Origin: an uncultured Candidatus Saccharibacteria bacterium
Lineage (GTDB): Bacteria; Patescibacteriota; Minisyncoccia; Phycocordibacterales; UBA9973
NCBI GenBank assembly: GCA_964482735.1
Contig: CAYZYV010000004.1
Coordinates: 65,737 to 129,736 of the forward strand
Direction of reading: 5' to 3'
DNA: 64,000 nucleotides
Part shown: positions 36,835-47,135 of the stretch, one piece after another
Position numbering within the stretch: the first letter of the stretch is position 1
How the letters are laid out: each line of letters begins with the position of its first letter
Notes under the pieces: model-generated
The model's input: the letters and a program-made list of their open reading frames with translations, nothing else
What the model was told of the DNA's origin: nothing
Databases searched by the model: none
Program-made: the position numbers and the translations under genes

Positions 36835-37518
36835 ATGATGATGAGAAATTTAAAATTAAACAAAATAGATTTGCTTAAAGATGGGGCAGTGAAATCGGCT
36901 CTCTATTTACTAGTGATAGCGCTCGTCTTTAATCTTCTAAGAATAATTATTTGGGGGAAGTATTCTTTTGTTTATATTTTGTGGAATTTATTTTTAGCTT
37001 TCATTCCTCTCTTTGTTAGTTTTATTATGCTCAAAATACACAAGAGTAAATATTTGAAATTAGTCTTTATCCCTGGTTTTTTGTTGTGGCTTCTTTTTAT
37101 TCCGAATGCTCCGTATTTAGTCACTGATCTTATCCATTTAGGGGAGTCAAGAACAGTCCCAATACTATTTGATACAATCCTTCTATTTAGCTCCGCTTAT
37201 CTTGGTATGATTTTCTTTTTCTATTCATTATTTCATATGGAAGAAATAATCAGGAAATTTCTTTCTAAGAAATGGACGACAGTAGTAATTGCTGGGCTTA
37301 TTCTGTTGATAAGCCTTGGTATTTATATAGGACGTTTCTTACGATTTAACAGTTGGGATATTTTCATTAACCACTACTCTTTATTTAAGAACATTTGGAA
37401 GATATTTGTGGAAAATTCGTTCAATAATTGGAATGTGTACTGGTTTACTCTAATGTTCTCGTTTTTCCTATTCTTTAGCTATTTTTCCTGGAAAAGCTCT
37501 AAAACAAAACATATTTAA
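36835..37518 (+). CDS. Polytopic membrane protein (DUF1361-like)
   Basis: 227 aa and multi-TM, with WNLFLAFIP...IPNAPYLVTDLIHL...RFNSWD motifs. Confidence 0.45.
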   Translation: MMMRNLKLNKIDLLKDGAVKSALYLLVIALVFNLLRIIIWGKYSFVYILWNLFLAFIPLFVSFIMLKIHKSKYLKLVFIPGFLLWLLFIPNAPYLVTDLIHLGESRTVPILFDTILLFSSAYLGMIFFFYSLFHMEEIIRKFLSKKWTTVVIAGLILLISLGIYIGRFLRFNSWDIFINHYSLFKNIWKIFVENSFNNWNVYWFTLMFSFFLFFSYFSWKSSKTKHI

Positions 37519-37806
37519 AGGCTCTTTTATTTAAGAAAATTGGTTCAAAAAATGCTATTTTTTGAAGACCATTGAGCATTTCTGTTTATTTTTTAAAACT
37601 TAAAAATATTGTAAAAAAAACTCAAAAAAGACTATATTTTGTAGGTGTTTTTTGGAGTTAAAAAAAACTTTATTGACGAAATGCTGATAGTTTTTTCTAG
37701 TGTCTTTTTTGGCAAGAATAGCTTGGTCTTATTTTTGAGAAGAATGTATAATGATAACTACAAGTTCGTTTTTTAGAATTTTTATTAGTTAATTTTTATA
37801 AAAGAT

Positions 37807-40128
37807 ATGCCTTCAAAAAAGAAAAATCCTACAGCAAAAAAGGTCGCAACTAAAAAAACAAATAAAAAACCTGACAAGAATATTTTTATTAAGAGTATTG
37901 AGAAGAGAGATGGTTCTATCGTGCCATTTGAGATAGAAAAAATTGCTAATGCTATTAATAAAGCGATGCTTGCCAGCCAAGAAGGCTCAGTGGAAGAGGC
38001 AATGAATGTTGCCAAGAGAGTTTTGTCTGTGCTTAGTAAGAAAGCAAAAGAAGAAAAAGGATTTGTTCCAAAAATTGAGTACATTCAAGATATTGTTGAG
38101 CAAGAATTAATGCTTTCGGACTATGTGAAGGCTTCGAAGGAGTACATCCTTTATCGTGAAGAGAGAGCAAGACTAAGAGAACAAGGTCTACTTGTTCCAG
38201 AAAAAGTAAAAAAGCTAGCAGAAGAGAGTAAAAAATATTTTAGAAACCCTCTTTCAGAATTTGTTTACTATCGTTCATACGCAAAGTGGATAGATGCAGA
38301 AAGTAGACGAGAAACATGGGTAGAAACAGTCGATCGATATATAAATTTCATGAAAGGAAAAATCGGAGACAAACTAAAAGAGAGTGAATACAAAGAAATT
38401 AGAGAAACGATTTTGAAACAAGAGGCGATGCCTTCTATGAGATTGATGCAATTCGCTGGTCCTGCAGCTGACCGCACAAATGTTTGTGCATATAACTGTT
38501 CTTTCGTAGCACCATCTTCAATTCAAGATTTTGCAGAGATATTATACATATTAATGTGCGGAACAGGAGTTGGTTTTTCTGTTGAGAGTAACAACATCCA
38601 ATCCCTTCCTCAAATCAAAGTTCAATCCGGTAAAAAAATCCCAACTTATGTGGTGCCTGATAGTAAAGAAGGGTGGGCAGATGCTCTATCATTTGGTATG
38701 AAGACATGGTTTTCTGGTGAAGATGTAGAATTTGATTTTTCACAATTAAGACCAGCTGGTGCTAGACTAAAAACTTTTGGTGGAAAGAGTTCTGGTCCTA
38801 AACCTCTCATAGAATTATTGGGATTTACCAGAGAAAGAATCATCAAAAGACAAGGCAGACACCTTAGAAATATCGATGCCCATGACATTATTTGTAAAAT
38901 AGGGGAATGTGTAGTATCTGGAGGAGTTCGACGAAGTGCCCTCATATCACTATCTGATTTGGACGATACCGAAATGAGAGATGCAAAAATCGGGCAATTT
39001 TGGATTAATGAAGGACAACGAATGCTTGCGAATAACTCAGCTGTTTACAACACAAAACCATCAGAAACAGAATTTTTGCGAGAATGGATCGCATTGATGG
39101 AGTCAGGAGCAGGGGAAAGAGGAATCTTTAATAGAGGATCACTATACAAATCTTTGCCAGCAAGACGATTAGAAGTTTCAAAGAATTATATAGGAGAGAT
39201 GGGGACAAATCCTTGTGGAGAAATAATTTTGAGATCAAAACAATTTTGTAACTTATCAGAAGTTGTAGCACGTGCCGAAGATAAAGAAGAAGATTTGATG
39301 AGGAAGATTAAGGTGGCAACTATCTTAGGTACATATCAGTCCACTCTTACCAAGTTTGAATACCTATCAAAAGAATGGAAAGAGAATTGTCAGGCTGAAA
39401 GATTGCTCGGAGTTTCAATTACCGGTCAATGGGATAGTAAATTTGCAAGAGACGAGAAGGTTCTTCAAAAATTAAAAAAGGAGGCAATCCGTTTGAATAA
39501 AATATATGCAAAAAGATTTGGAATAAGTGAATCAACCTGTATAACATGTGTTAAACCATCTGGTACAGTTTCTCAGACAGTAGATTGTTCTTCAGGAATG
39601 CATCCAAGACATGCCCCATACTACATCAGACGAGTTCGAATTTCTGCAACAGATGCACTATTTAAAATGCTTAAAGATCAAGGAGTACCTTATTATCCAG
39701 AAGTAGGTCAGAGCTATGAGAATGCAACAACTTTTGTTTTGGAATTTCCTATAAAAGCACCTAATGGAGCAATTTGTAAAGACGATATCAGTGCCATCGA
39801 ACAACTAGAACATTGGAAAGTTGTTAAAATTAATTATACCGAGCATAATCCTTCCGTAACTATTTCTGTTGGAGACGATGAATGGATCAAGGTGGCACAC
39901 TGGTTGTATCAAAATTGGGACATTATCGGTGGTCTATCTTTCCTTCCAAGATCAAATTATGTTTATCAGCTTGCTCCTTATGAGACAATAGATGAAAAAA
40001 GATACAAAGAGTTAATTGGTAAAATGCCAGAAATAGATTTTTCTAAAATTGTTATTTATGAAAAAATAGACGAGACTGAGGTTAAGAAAGAACTAGCTTG
40101 TGTTTCAGGAACTTGCGATATCTTATAA
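37807..40128 (+). CDS. nrdJ: Ribonucleotide reductase, class II (adenosylcobalamin-dependent) with N-terminal ATP-cone
   Basis: ATP-cone (KRDGSIVPFEIEKIANAI), catalytic NPCGEI and CNLSEV motifs; 773 aa. Confidence 0.8.
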   Translation: MPSKKKNPTAKKVATKKTNKKPDKNIFIKSIEKRDGSIVPFEIEKIANAINKAMLASQEGSVEEAMNVAKRVLSVLSKKAKEEKGFVPKIEYIQDIVEQELMLSDYVKASKEYILYREERARLREQGLLVPEKVKKLAEESKKYFRNPLSEFVYYRSYAKWIDAESRRETWVETVDRYINFMKGKIGDKLKESEYKEIRETILKQEAMPSMRLMQFAGPAADRTNVCAYNCSFVAPSSIQDFAEILYILMCGTGVGFSVESNNIQSLPQIKVQSGKKIPTYVVPDSKEGWADALSFGMKTWFSGEDVEFDFSQLRPAGARLKTFGGKSSGPKPLIELLGFTRERIIKRQGRHLRNIDAHDIICKIGECVVSGGVRRSALISLSDLDDTEMRDAKIGQFWINEGQRMLANNSAVYNTKPSETEFLREWIALMESGAGERGIFNRGSLYKSLPARRLEVSKNYIGEMGTNPCGEIILRSKQFCNLSEVVARAEDKEEDLMRKIKVATILGTYQSTLTKFEYLSKEWKENCQAERLLGVSITGQWDSKFARDEKVLQKLKKEAIRLNKIYAKRFGISESTCITCVKPSGTVSQTVDCSSGMHPRHAPYYIRRVRISATDALFKMLKDQGVPYYPEVGQSYENATTFVLEFPIKAPNGAICKDDISAIEQLEHWKVVKINYTEHNPSVTISVGDDEWIKVAHWLYQNWDIIGGLSFLPRSNYVYQLAPYETIDEKRYKELIGKMPEIDFSKIVIYEKIDETEVKKELACVSGTCDIL

Positions 40129-40185
40129 GAATAAAAACTAAAAAGCCACTTGCCAGTGGTTTTTTAGTTGCTATAATTAAATCCT

Positions 40186-40599
40186 ATGGATAAAAAATCA
40201 AAATTAAAAATAGTTAAGCTTTTAGCCTTTATTATATTATTAGTAGCAATAGTGTTGGTGATTGGAACAATAACAAAACCAAAGACAGAAGAGGGTAAAT
40301 ACTCCAATCTTGATGGCTTTGCCCAATGTATTAGTGATTCTGGAGCAAGGTTTTATGGTGCTTTCTGGTGTTCACATTGTGGAGAACAAAAACAAATGTT
40401 TGGTTCAGCTAAACAGTATTTACCGTATGTTGAATGTTCAAGCGCCGATGGTAGAAGCCAATTAGAAGTTTGTAGCAAAGAGGGCATAGAAGGATTTCCT
40501 ACTTGGAAATTTGCTGATGGATCCGAGCTTTCTGGACGACAAGAATTAGAAACTCTAGCAGCAAAAACATCGTGTAACCTACCAGAAATAGACAAATAA
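40186..40599 (+). CDS. Membrane-anchored thioredoxin-like thiol-disulfide oxidoreductase
   Basis: N-terminal TM helix followed by an FWCSHCGEQ CxxC motif. Confidence 0.55.
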   Translation: MDKKSKLKIVKLLAFIILLVAIVLVIGTITKPKTEEGKYSNLDGFAQCISDSGARFYGAFWCSHCGEQKQMFGSAKQYLPYVECSSADGRSQLEVCSKEGIEGFPTWKFADGSELSGRQELETLAAKTSCNLPEIDK

Positions 40600-40643
40600 C
40601 TCCTAATTTTAGAAAAATACGAAGTATGATATAATGAGCTTAT

Positions 40644-41393
40644 ATGAATAAGCTCATTATTGCTAATTGGAAAATGAATCCAGCTTCAGAGAAAGAAGCT
40701 GAGAAACTTTTAATAGAAACATCAAAAAAGATTAAAACCTTAAAAGGTATTGATTTGATAATTTGTCCACCTTTCCCTTACTTATTTCTATTTAAGAAAA
40801 ATAAAACTACAAAGATTGTATTAGGTGCTCAAAATGTTCACAAGGAATTAGAGGGATCTTACACTGGAGAAGTTTCTGTTAAAATGCTTTCAAGTCTAGG
40901 AGTGAAGAATGTGATTTTGGGACACGGAGAAAGAAGAAAGCTTGGAGAAACTGACGAATTTATAAATCAAAAAGTTTTAACTTCGATAAAGAACAAAGTT
41001 AATCCTATTTTCTGTATAGGGGAAAGCAGTAGAGACAGGGATGGCAACTTCCTTTCTTTCTTAGAAGATCAAATTAAAAAAGGATTGAACGGAGTAACTA
41101 AATCTCAGATAAAAAATGTTGTAATTGCTTATGAACCACTTTGGGCTATTGGTAAAAATGCACAAAGGGAAGCCACCAGAGAAGAGTTTGTTGAAGTTAA
41201 GATTTTTATAAAAAAAGTAATTTCAGATTTGTATGATTCAAAGTCTGCACATGGAATCAAAATAATATACGGGGGATCAATCAATTCAAACAACGCAAAA
41301 TCTTTCTTAGATGCTGGAGCTGACGGTTTGCTCGTCGGTCGAGATAGTATCAATTTTAAAAAGTTTGAAGCATTGTTAGATGCTATAAAATAA
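40644..41393 (+). CDS. tpiA: Triosephosphate isomerase
   Basis: IANWKMN, GHGERR (GHSERR-like), AYEPLWAIG and GGSI motifs. Confidence 0.9.
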   Translation: MNKLIIANWKMNPASEKEAEKLLIETSKKIKTLKGIDLIICPPFPYLFLFKKNKTTKIVLGAQNVHKELEGSYTGEVSVKMLSSLGVKNVILGHGERRKLGETDEFINQKVLTSIKNKVNPIFCIGESSRDRDGNFLSFLEDQIKKGLNGVTKSQIKNVVIAYEPLWAIGKNAQREATREEFVEVKIFIKKVISDLYDSKSAHGIKIIYGGSINSNNAKSFLDAGADGLLVGRDSINFKKFEALLDAIK

Positions 41394-41394
41394 A

Positions 41395-42516
41395 ATGAAA
41401 TCTCTTAGAGAAATTAAAAATTTATCAAACAAAAAAGTCATTATTCGTGCTGATTTGAATGTGCCAATCAAAAATGATGAAATTGTTGATGATTTTAGAA
41501 TAAAAAAAGTTATTCCAACTTTACAGTTTTTGCAGAAAAAAGGTGCTAAAACAATCATTATTTCTCACCTGGGAGAGGATGGAAGTCAAAGTTTAGCAAT
41601 TGTGGCTAAGCGGATGAAAAAGTATATAAAGGAAGTTGAATTTATCGATCACCCAATCTTGTCTGATGAAACTGAACGTAAAATAAATGAAATGAAAAAG
41701 GGTGGCATTGTCATGCTTCGAAACTTAAGAAGCGAAGAAGGAGAGAAGAAAAATTCACCATCTTTTGCTAGAGGTCTTTCACGATATGGAGAAATTTATG
41801 TGAATGATGCCTTCTCCGTGTCACACAGAGAACACGCGTCTGTTGTTGGGATAGCAAAACACTTGCCTAGCTATGCGGGGTTACAGTTAGAAATAGAAGT
41901 TCAAAACCTTTCAAAAGCTTTTGATCCTAAACATCCATTTTTATTTATTTTAGGAGGGGCAAAATTTGATACCAAGATACCTCTTATTAGAAGATTCTTA
42001 AGAAAAGCTGATAATATATTTATCGGTGGAGCAATCGCAAATGATTTTCTAAAAGCAAAAGGATACGAAATTGGTGTTTCTCTCTGTGGTGGCCCAAATC
42101 CTGATATTAAATCATTTTTGAAAAGTAAAAATTTAACATTACCAATAGACGTCATAGTTAAAAGAAAAAATAAAGATATCAATGTAAAACTAGAAGAGGT
42201 TTTGCCAGATGATTGTATTTTGGATGTTGGTAAAGAGACAACAGAAAATTTAAAAAAATTAGTTTCAGAATCAAAATTTATTCTTTGGAATGGACCTCTC
42301 GGTAAATACGAAAATGGTTTTGGTGGCTCGACGGAAGAAGTATTAAAAGCTATTACCAAGAGTAAGGCTATTAGCATGATTGGTGGGGGAGATACTACCG
42401 CTATTATATCTAAACTAAAAATTGAGAATAAAATTAGCTTCGTTTCAACAGGAGGTGGGGCTACACTAGACTTTCTTGCTAAAGGTACTCTTCCTGGAAT
42501 TCGAGCATTGAAATAA
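41395..42516 (+). CDS. pgk: Phosphoglycerate kinase
   Basis: RADLNVP N-terminal motif; the C-terminal GGGATLDFL region is present. Confidence 0.9.
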   Translation: MKSLREIKNLSNKKVIIRADLNVPIKNDEIVDDFRIKKVIPTLQFLQKKGAKTIIISHLGEDGSQSLAIVAKRMKKYIKEVEFIDHPILSDETERKINEMKKGGIVMLRNLRSEEGEKKNSPSFARGLSRYGEIYVNDAFSVSHREHASVVGIAKHLPSYAGLQLEIEVQNLSKAFDPKHPFLFILGGAKFDTKIPLIRRFLRKADNIFIGGAIANDFLKAKGYEIGVSLCGGPNPDIKSFLKSKNLTLPIDVIVKRKNKDINVKLEEVLPDDCILDVGKETTENLKKLVSESKFILWNGPLGKYENGFGGSTEEVLKAITKSKAISMIGGGDTTAIISKLKIENKISFVSTGGGATLDFLAKGTLPGIRALK

Positions 42517-42591
42517 TACCACTCTATAAAAATAGTTTGACCATGAGCCTTTTAGACCACACAGCTTGGATTCTAGAAGGTTTTTTGTATT

Positions 42592-42645
42592 AACAGCCGA
42601 GGTCGGACCTCGTACGAGGTCCGACCTCGGCTGTTATCCACAGGT
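42592..42645. repeat. GC-rich REP-like perfect palindrome (44 bp) plus conserved atccacaggt tail; second copy at 62584..62654
   Basis: aacagccgaggtcggacctcgtacgaggtccgacctcggctgtt is a perfect inverted repeat. Confidence 0.6.
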
Positions 42646-42781
42646 ACACCCCCACACCCATATTTTTATCATTCTGTTTACAGAATTTAATCACATAGCT
42701 TTTACCTTATTTAAACATACAGTTTTTTGTATCTTGTTTTAATATGTTTTTTAAAAACAATAAAAATATAGGTGTGGGGGT
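42646..42781. mobile_element. Miniature inverted-repeat element (no ORF) related to the GIY-YIG/tRNA-His insertion, directly upstream of pilin-like gene 2
   Basis: IRs acacccccacacccatat / atataggtgtgggggt flank a ~100-bp AT-rich segment. The IR matches the cacccacacctatat motif at the tRNA-His/GIY-YIG junction. Confidence 0.4.
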
Positions 42782-42804
42782 AAAGATTATGTTATAATAA
42801 AAAA

Positions 42805-43593
42805 GTGAAAAACAAACTCTTAAAATCAGATAATAAAACTACAGGGTTCACTTTAATTGAACTCTTAGTCGTTATCGCAATCATTGGAATTTTATCAGCC
42901 GTAGTTGTCGCTTCGCTAAACAGTGCAAGAGAGAAAGGAAAGATTGCTTCTATTAAATCCACCTTAAAACAACTATATAACCAAGCAGCCATCAATCAAG
43001 CAGAATATGGTAGTTTTGCAAACTCTAATACATCATATTCAGATTTAACTTGTACAGGCCCAGGAGGTAATCTAGCTAAAATAGCTCAACCACTCATTGA
43101 TCAAGGAATTATAGTTAAATGCTTTAGTTTTAATAGTCCGGCATCTGGAGATTTGTCCCTTCGCTTTGCTGCAACCGCTCTTATATATGATACAAATGAA
43201 CTCAAAGCATGGTCAGTAGATGAAAACGGTGTAGTTAAATGGGATACTCATGGAGTTAATACTGATGGGACAACAAGATCAACAGATATAACCATGGCAT
43301 GGAAGGACCTAAATGATATCACTATAGCTATGAACGCTTGTGCGAAAAATGGTGGTCGTCTTCCTTCTGTGGAACAATTTCGAACCCTGTTTCATTCATG
43401 GTACTCATCTACTGGCAATGTGTCATATCTTCCAATACCAACAGAAGGTTCTTTTTCAAATGGTTACTACTGGTCATCAACTTCTGTACCGCTTTGGCCA
43501 GAGACTAGATCATATTCTTTGATCACAGAGAGCTCAAATATAGGATTCTCTGGTTCGTTGAGTTCTGGTTATTATGTCCGTTGTGTTAGATAA
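42805..43593 (+). CDS. Type IV pilin-like protein with C-terminal lectin/FGE-like DGR-target-type domain (paralog 2; no cognate TR found)
   Basis: GFTLIELLVVIAIIGILSAVV prepilin motif; C-terminal GGRLPSVEQ...YYWSS...GYYVRCVR. Confidence 0.7.
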   Translation: MKNKLLKSDNKTTGFTLIELLVVIAIIGILSAVVVASLNSAREKGKIASIKSTLKQLYNQAAINQAEYGSFANSNTSYSDLTCTGPGGNLAKIAQPLIDQGIIVKCFSFNSPASGDLSLRFAATALIYDTNELKAWSVDENGVVKWDTHGVNTDGTTRSTDITMAWKDLNDITIAMNACAKNGGRLPSVEQFRTLFHSWYSSTGNVSYLPIPTEGSFSNGYYWSSTSVPLWPETRSYSLITESSNIGFSGSLSSGYYVRCVR

Positions 43594-43609
43594 AAACATG
43601 CTTACATAT

Positions 43610-43646
43610 TTGTGTGCTATCGCTTACAAATATGTAACCTAAAAAA
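43610..43646. promoter_or_regulatory. Imperfect 36-bp palindrome just downstream of pilin-like gene 2, related to 9735..9776
   Basis: cttacatatttgtgtgctatcgcttacaaatatgtaac shares the ttacatattt...gctatcgc...aaatatgtaa core with the pilin-1 upstream palindrome. Confidence 0.45.
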
Positions 43647-43673
43647 CTTCGATCAATGTCGAAGTTTTTTAGG

Positions 43674-43979
43674 TTAGTATTCTGGGACTAGATGAATATG
43701 AAAATGAGGGACATCTTTACCTATGACTTTAACTTTTACAAATTCGCATTTTTTATCATTGATTAGTTTTTGCATTAGTTTTTTTGCAACAACAAAAGCT
43801 TCACCCAGTAATTCATCTGGAGCATCTTGCATCCAAACGTAATGATCTTTGGGAATGATTAGCGTGTGTCCATCGCTCTCGGGATTGATATCAAGAAAAG
43901 CGAAGAATTTCTCATCCTCATAAACCTTTGTGCTAGGAATTTCTCCTTGTGCAATTTTACAAAAAATACATTTATCCAT
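43674..43979 (-). CDS. HIT-family (histidine triad) hydrolase
   Basis: Start at the internal Met MDKCIFCKI; histidine triad HFHIHLVP. Confidence 0.75.
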   Translation of the reverse strand: MDKCIFCKIAQGEIPSTKVYEDEKFFAFLDINPESDGHTLIIPKDHYVWMQDAPDELLGEAFVVAKKLMQKLINDKKCEFVKVKVIGKDVPHFHIHLVPEY

Positions 43980-44007
43980 ATTTCTATTATATGTTACAAT
44001 CAAGAAT

Positions 44008-45726
44008 ATGCCAAACCACGAAGAACTACTTGAAATACTTTTGAACAATCGAGGTATTGAAATTAAAGACCGAGAAAAATTCCTTAATCCATCATATGAG
44101 GATCACTTGAATGACCCTTTTTTGTTGAAGGGAATGGAAACTTCTGTAGTTAGATTTTTCGAAGCTGTTTCCAATAATCAAAAAATAGTGATTTACAGTG
44201 ACTATGATGCCGATGGTATACCAGCAGCGGTTATTCTTCATGACTTCTTGAAAAAGATTAATTACGAAAATTTTTCTGTCTATATTCCACATCGTCATGA
44301 CGAAGGGTATGGTCTTCACGCTGATGCGATAGAGGAATTTGTGAAAGATAAAGTCAATTTATTAATCACTTTAGACTTAGGCATTACCGCCAAAGATGAA
44401 ATAGCTCAAGCGAAGATAGGCGAGATAGACACTATTGTCATTGATCACCATTTACCACAAGAAAGTTTGCCGAGCGCTTTTGCAATTATTGATCCCAAGA
44501 TTGAATTGGATGAAAATCTAAATCGTAATCAAAATAAAATTCCTACAGATACGGAAGATAAAAATTCTTCAGCTATGCTTTGTGGGGCAGGGTTGGCTTA
44601 CAAATTTATACAAGCCACAATTTCAAAATATGGAGAATATTGGGATATAAAAAATGGATGGGAGAAGTGGCTTCTAGATATGGCTGGAGTGGCAACGATT
44701 GCAGATCAGGTTCCTTTGTTAGAAGAGAATCGTACCCTTGCGTACTATGGATTGAAAGTTTTAAAAAAAACGAAAAGAGAAGGTTTGAAAGAATTGTTTA
44801 TTAAATCTGGAGTCTCTATCTCTAATATAACTGAAGAAGATATCTCTTTTACTTTAGCACCAAGAATAAACGTGGCTTCTAGAATGGCAAATCCTATGTT
44901 GGCTTTTGATTTACTGTCGACAGATGACAGTGTAAAAGCAAAAACACTGGCCGGATTGCTTGATAAAATAAATACTGACAGAAAATACACTGTGGCTCAA
45001 ATAATGAAAGAGGTTAAATCAGTTTTAAACAAGAGATTAGAGAATGAGGACTTTATAAATCAACCATTTATTGTTATTGGAAATCCAAAATGGCATGTCG
45101 GGGTTTTGGGATTAATAGCCTCAAAGATTACAGAAGAATACAAGAAGACTGTTTTTGTTTGGGGTGGGGAAGAAGACATGATCCGAGGTTCTTGCCGTTC
45201 ATACGGGGAAATTAATCTTGTAGAGATAATGTCTCGTTTACCAGAAGGATCGTTGTCTTTATTTGGAGGACATAAAGGAGCTGGTGGCTTTTCAGCAGAT
45301 AGAGAAGAAATTGTTTTACTAGAAGAAAGACTAAAACCAATTTTTGAAGAAGTAGAAGATATCAAAGGCCAAGATGATTTTATAATAGATGCAAAAATTT
45401 CAATAGATGATGTTAATGAAGATAACTATAAAGTTATAGAAAAGATGGCCCCTTTTGGCATGGGGAATCCTAAACCAGTTTTCAAGCTCGACAATTTGGA
45501 AATTTTTGAAGTTAAAGAATTTGGAAAAGAAAAAAATCATCTCGAACTATCTTTTAAAAACACTAAGAATAAAACAATTAAAGCTATTTCGTTTTTTAAA
45601 ACTAGAAATGATTTTAATGGTATTGATTTAACACCAGGAAATAAGATTAACTTGATCGCCAATTTAGAGAAAAATAACTTTGCCGGCAGAGAAGAACTAA
45701 GACTTAGAATCGTAGGCATAATGTAA
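44008..45726 (+). CDS. recJ: Single-stranded-DNA-specific exonuclease RecJ
   Basis: DHH motifs (IVIYSDYDADGI, TLDLGI, IVIDHH) and a DHHA1 region (GGHKGAGG). Start is set at the internal ATG 44008. Confidence 0.8.
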   Translation: MPNHEELLEILLNNRGIEIKDREKFLNPSYEDHLNDPFLLKGMETSVVRFFEAVSNNQKIVIYSDYDADGIPAAVILHDFLKKINYENFSVYIPHRHDEGYGLHADAIEEFVKDKVNLLITLDLGITAKDEIAQAKIGEIDTIVIDHHLPQESLPSAFAIIDPKIELDENLNRNQNKIPTDTEDKNSSAMLCGAGLAYKFIQATISKYGEYWDIKNGWEKWLLDMAGVATIADQVPLLEENRTLAYYGLKVLKKTKREGLKELFIKSGVSISNITEEDISFTLAPRINVASRMANPMLAFDLLSTDDSVKAKTLAGLLDKINTDRKYTVAQIMKEVKSVLNKRLENEDFINQPFIVIGNPKWHVGVLGLIASKITEEYKKTVFVWGGEEDMIRGSCRSYGEINLVEIMSRLPEGSLSLFGGHKGAGGFSADREEIVLLEERLKPIFEEVEDIKGQDDFIIDAKISIDDVNEDNYKVIEKMAPFGMGNPKPVFKLDNLEIFEVKEFGKEKNHLELSFKNTKNKTIKAISFFKTRNDFNGIDLTPGNKINLIANLEKNNFAGREELRLRIVGIM

Positions 45727-45756
45727 CGATCAGTTCTTTTAATTTGGTTAATTCTA

Positions 45757-46536
45757 TTGTATAATAAAACTATGATTAAGAATTATAAAAACACTAATAA
45801 TGCCTTTACTCTCATCGAACTCCTCGTCGTCGTCGCAATCATCGGAATACTCTCCTCAGTAGTCATCACATCACTAAACTCTGCAAGAGAAAAGAGCAAG
45901 ATTGCTTCTATTAAATCCACCTTAAAACAACTATACAACCAAGCTGCCATCAATCAAGTAGAAAATGGTAGTTTTACTGGATCTAATCCTTCATATTCAA
46001 ACTTAACCTGTTCTGGCAACTTAGCTCCAATAATTAAACCACTAGAAGACCAGGGAATAATAGTTAAATGCTTTAGTTTCTATGGAAGTCCCTATGGAGG
46101 AAATTATACAGGAGACGATTATAACAGATTCGCCGCCACGGCCCTCATCTACGACACAGGAGAACTCAAAGCATGGTCTGTAGATGAAAACGGTGTAGTT
46201 AAATGGGATACACAAGGAGTAAACTCAACAGGAGCTTTTGTTACCCCTGACATTACAGCCTCATGGACTAATGCTCAAAACAGATGTGCTTTATCTGGTG
46301 GACGTCTCCCTTCTATTGAACAATTGAGAACTCTATCTCATGCATGGTATTCTAAAGCTAATACTGATGGAGATGTAGACCCTTGGGCACCTCTTGGTTT
46401 CGTAGCAAGCATCTACTGGTCTTCTACCCCCGTTCCGTCGTCGCCTACTACGCTCGCTTACGGCCAGATCATGGCCTATGGTAGCTTGACCTCCTACAGT
46501 CAGACTCTCGGGTACTATGTTCGCTGTGTTAGGTAG
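45757..46536 (+). CDS. DGR2 variable (target) protein: type IV pilin-like N-terminus plus C-terminal lectin/FGE-like domain carrying VR2
   Basis: AFTLIELLVVVAIIGILSSVV prepilin motif, and a C-terminal ...YWSSTPVPSSPTTLAYGQIMAYGSLTSYSQTLGYYVRCVR encoded by VR2. Confidence 0.8.
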   Translation: MYNKTMIKNYKNTNNAFTLIELLVVVAIIGILSSVVITSLNSAREKSKIASIKSTLKQLYNQAAINQVENGSFTGSNPSYSNLTCSGNLAPIIKPLEDQGIIVKCFSFYGSPYGGNYTGDDYNRFAATALIYDTGELKAWSVDENGVVKWDTQGVNSTGAFVTPDITASWTNAQNRCALSGGRLPSIEQLRTLSHAWYSKANTDGDVDPWAPLGFVASIYWSSTPVPSSPTTLAYGQIMAYGSLTSYSQTLGYYVRCVR

Positions 46537-46556
46537 TAGTGTGTTCGCCTAGAATT
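46391..46556 (+). repeat. DGR2 variable repeat (VR2), which extends 20 nt past the stop codon (IMH-like region)
   Basis: The 166-nt alignment to TR2 has 19 mismatches, and every one of them is at a TR adenine. Confidence 0.85.
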
Positions 46557-46565
46557 CATTATTAC

Positions 46566-46630
46566 ATCCCGACTTTATGTCGGGACATTCTCTCTCGAAT
46601 GACTCCGACGTAAGGAGGAGCATTCGAGAG
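46566..46630. promoter_or_regulatory. Two GC hairpins immediately 3' of VR2 (DGR homing-associated stem-loops)
   Basis: tcccgac-tttat-gtcggga, and the 12-bp stem ctctctcgaatg...cattcgagagag. Confidence 0.5.
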
Positions 46631-46635
46631 AGGGC

Positions 46636-47076
46636 TTGTCGTTTATGTCTATTTATTCTAATCTTCCAATATACAACAATACATTTTCATTGTTAAAAGA
46701 ACTATACATAAGAGTTCCTAAATTTAGTAAAGAATATAAATATCTTCTAGGGGAGAAAATGATTAAATGCTGTGTGGACAGTCTTGTGTTAATTAATCAA
46801 ATTAGTTCAAGTAAAGAAAGGGTCGAAAGAATAAATCTTTTGATGAGATTAGAAGATAACATGAATGTACTAATGGTGCATGTCCGAATAGCTAATGAAC
46901 TCAATCAATTAGTTAAAAAGGATAATTATTTCTTTTTATCTCAAAAAATAATAGAAATTTTAAATCAAGCAGAAAATTGGAAAAAGTTTCTTCAGAAGAA
47001 GAAATGTTCCCAGAATTGCACCTCTGATGGTAGTGCAAGTGTGGATAAAAAAATTCCTCTCCCCACCCCTTGTTAA
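46636..47076 (+). CDS. avd: DGR accessory variability determinant (Avd-like) of DGR2
   Basis: 146-aa helical protein located between the target gene and TR2-RT2. The C-terminal IEILNQAENW aligns with the bAvd EVGRILGSW region. Confidence 0.6.
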   Translation: MSFMSIYSNLPIYNNTFSLLKELYIRVPKFSKEYKYLLGEKMIKCCVDSLVLINQISSSKERVERINLLMRLEDNMNVLMVHVRIANELNQLVKKDNYFFLSQKIIEILNQAENWKKFLQKKKCSQNCTSDGSASVDKKIPLPTPC

Positions 47077-47135
47077 AAGATCTATCACTTTAGACAAGGG
47101 ATAAGAGGTTATCATGATTGAGTTGGGGAGACTAG

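Noticed and set aside
42646-42781. Confident call of an invertible (fim-type) promoter switch upstream of pilin-like gene 2
   Set aside because: Only one orientation is observable in a single assembly and no adjacent tyrosine or serine invertase is present. It is kept only as a low-weight alternative within the miniature-element finding.
42805-43593. Pilin-like paralogs 1 and 2 as additional VRs of TR2
   Set aside because: Their 3' nucleotide sequences share only short stretches (tactggtc..., gttcgctgtgttag) with TR2 and do not align as A-mismatched repeats. No second TR for them is present in this window.
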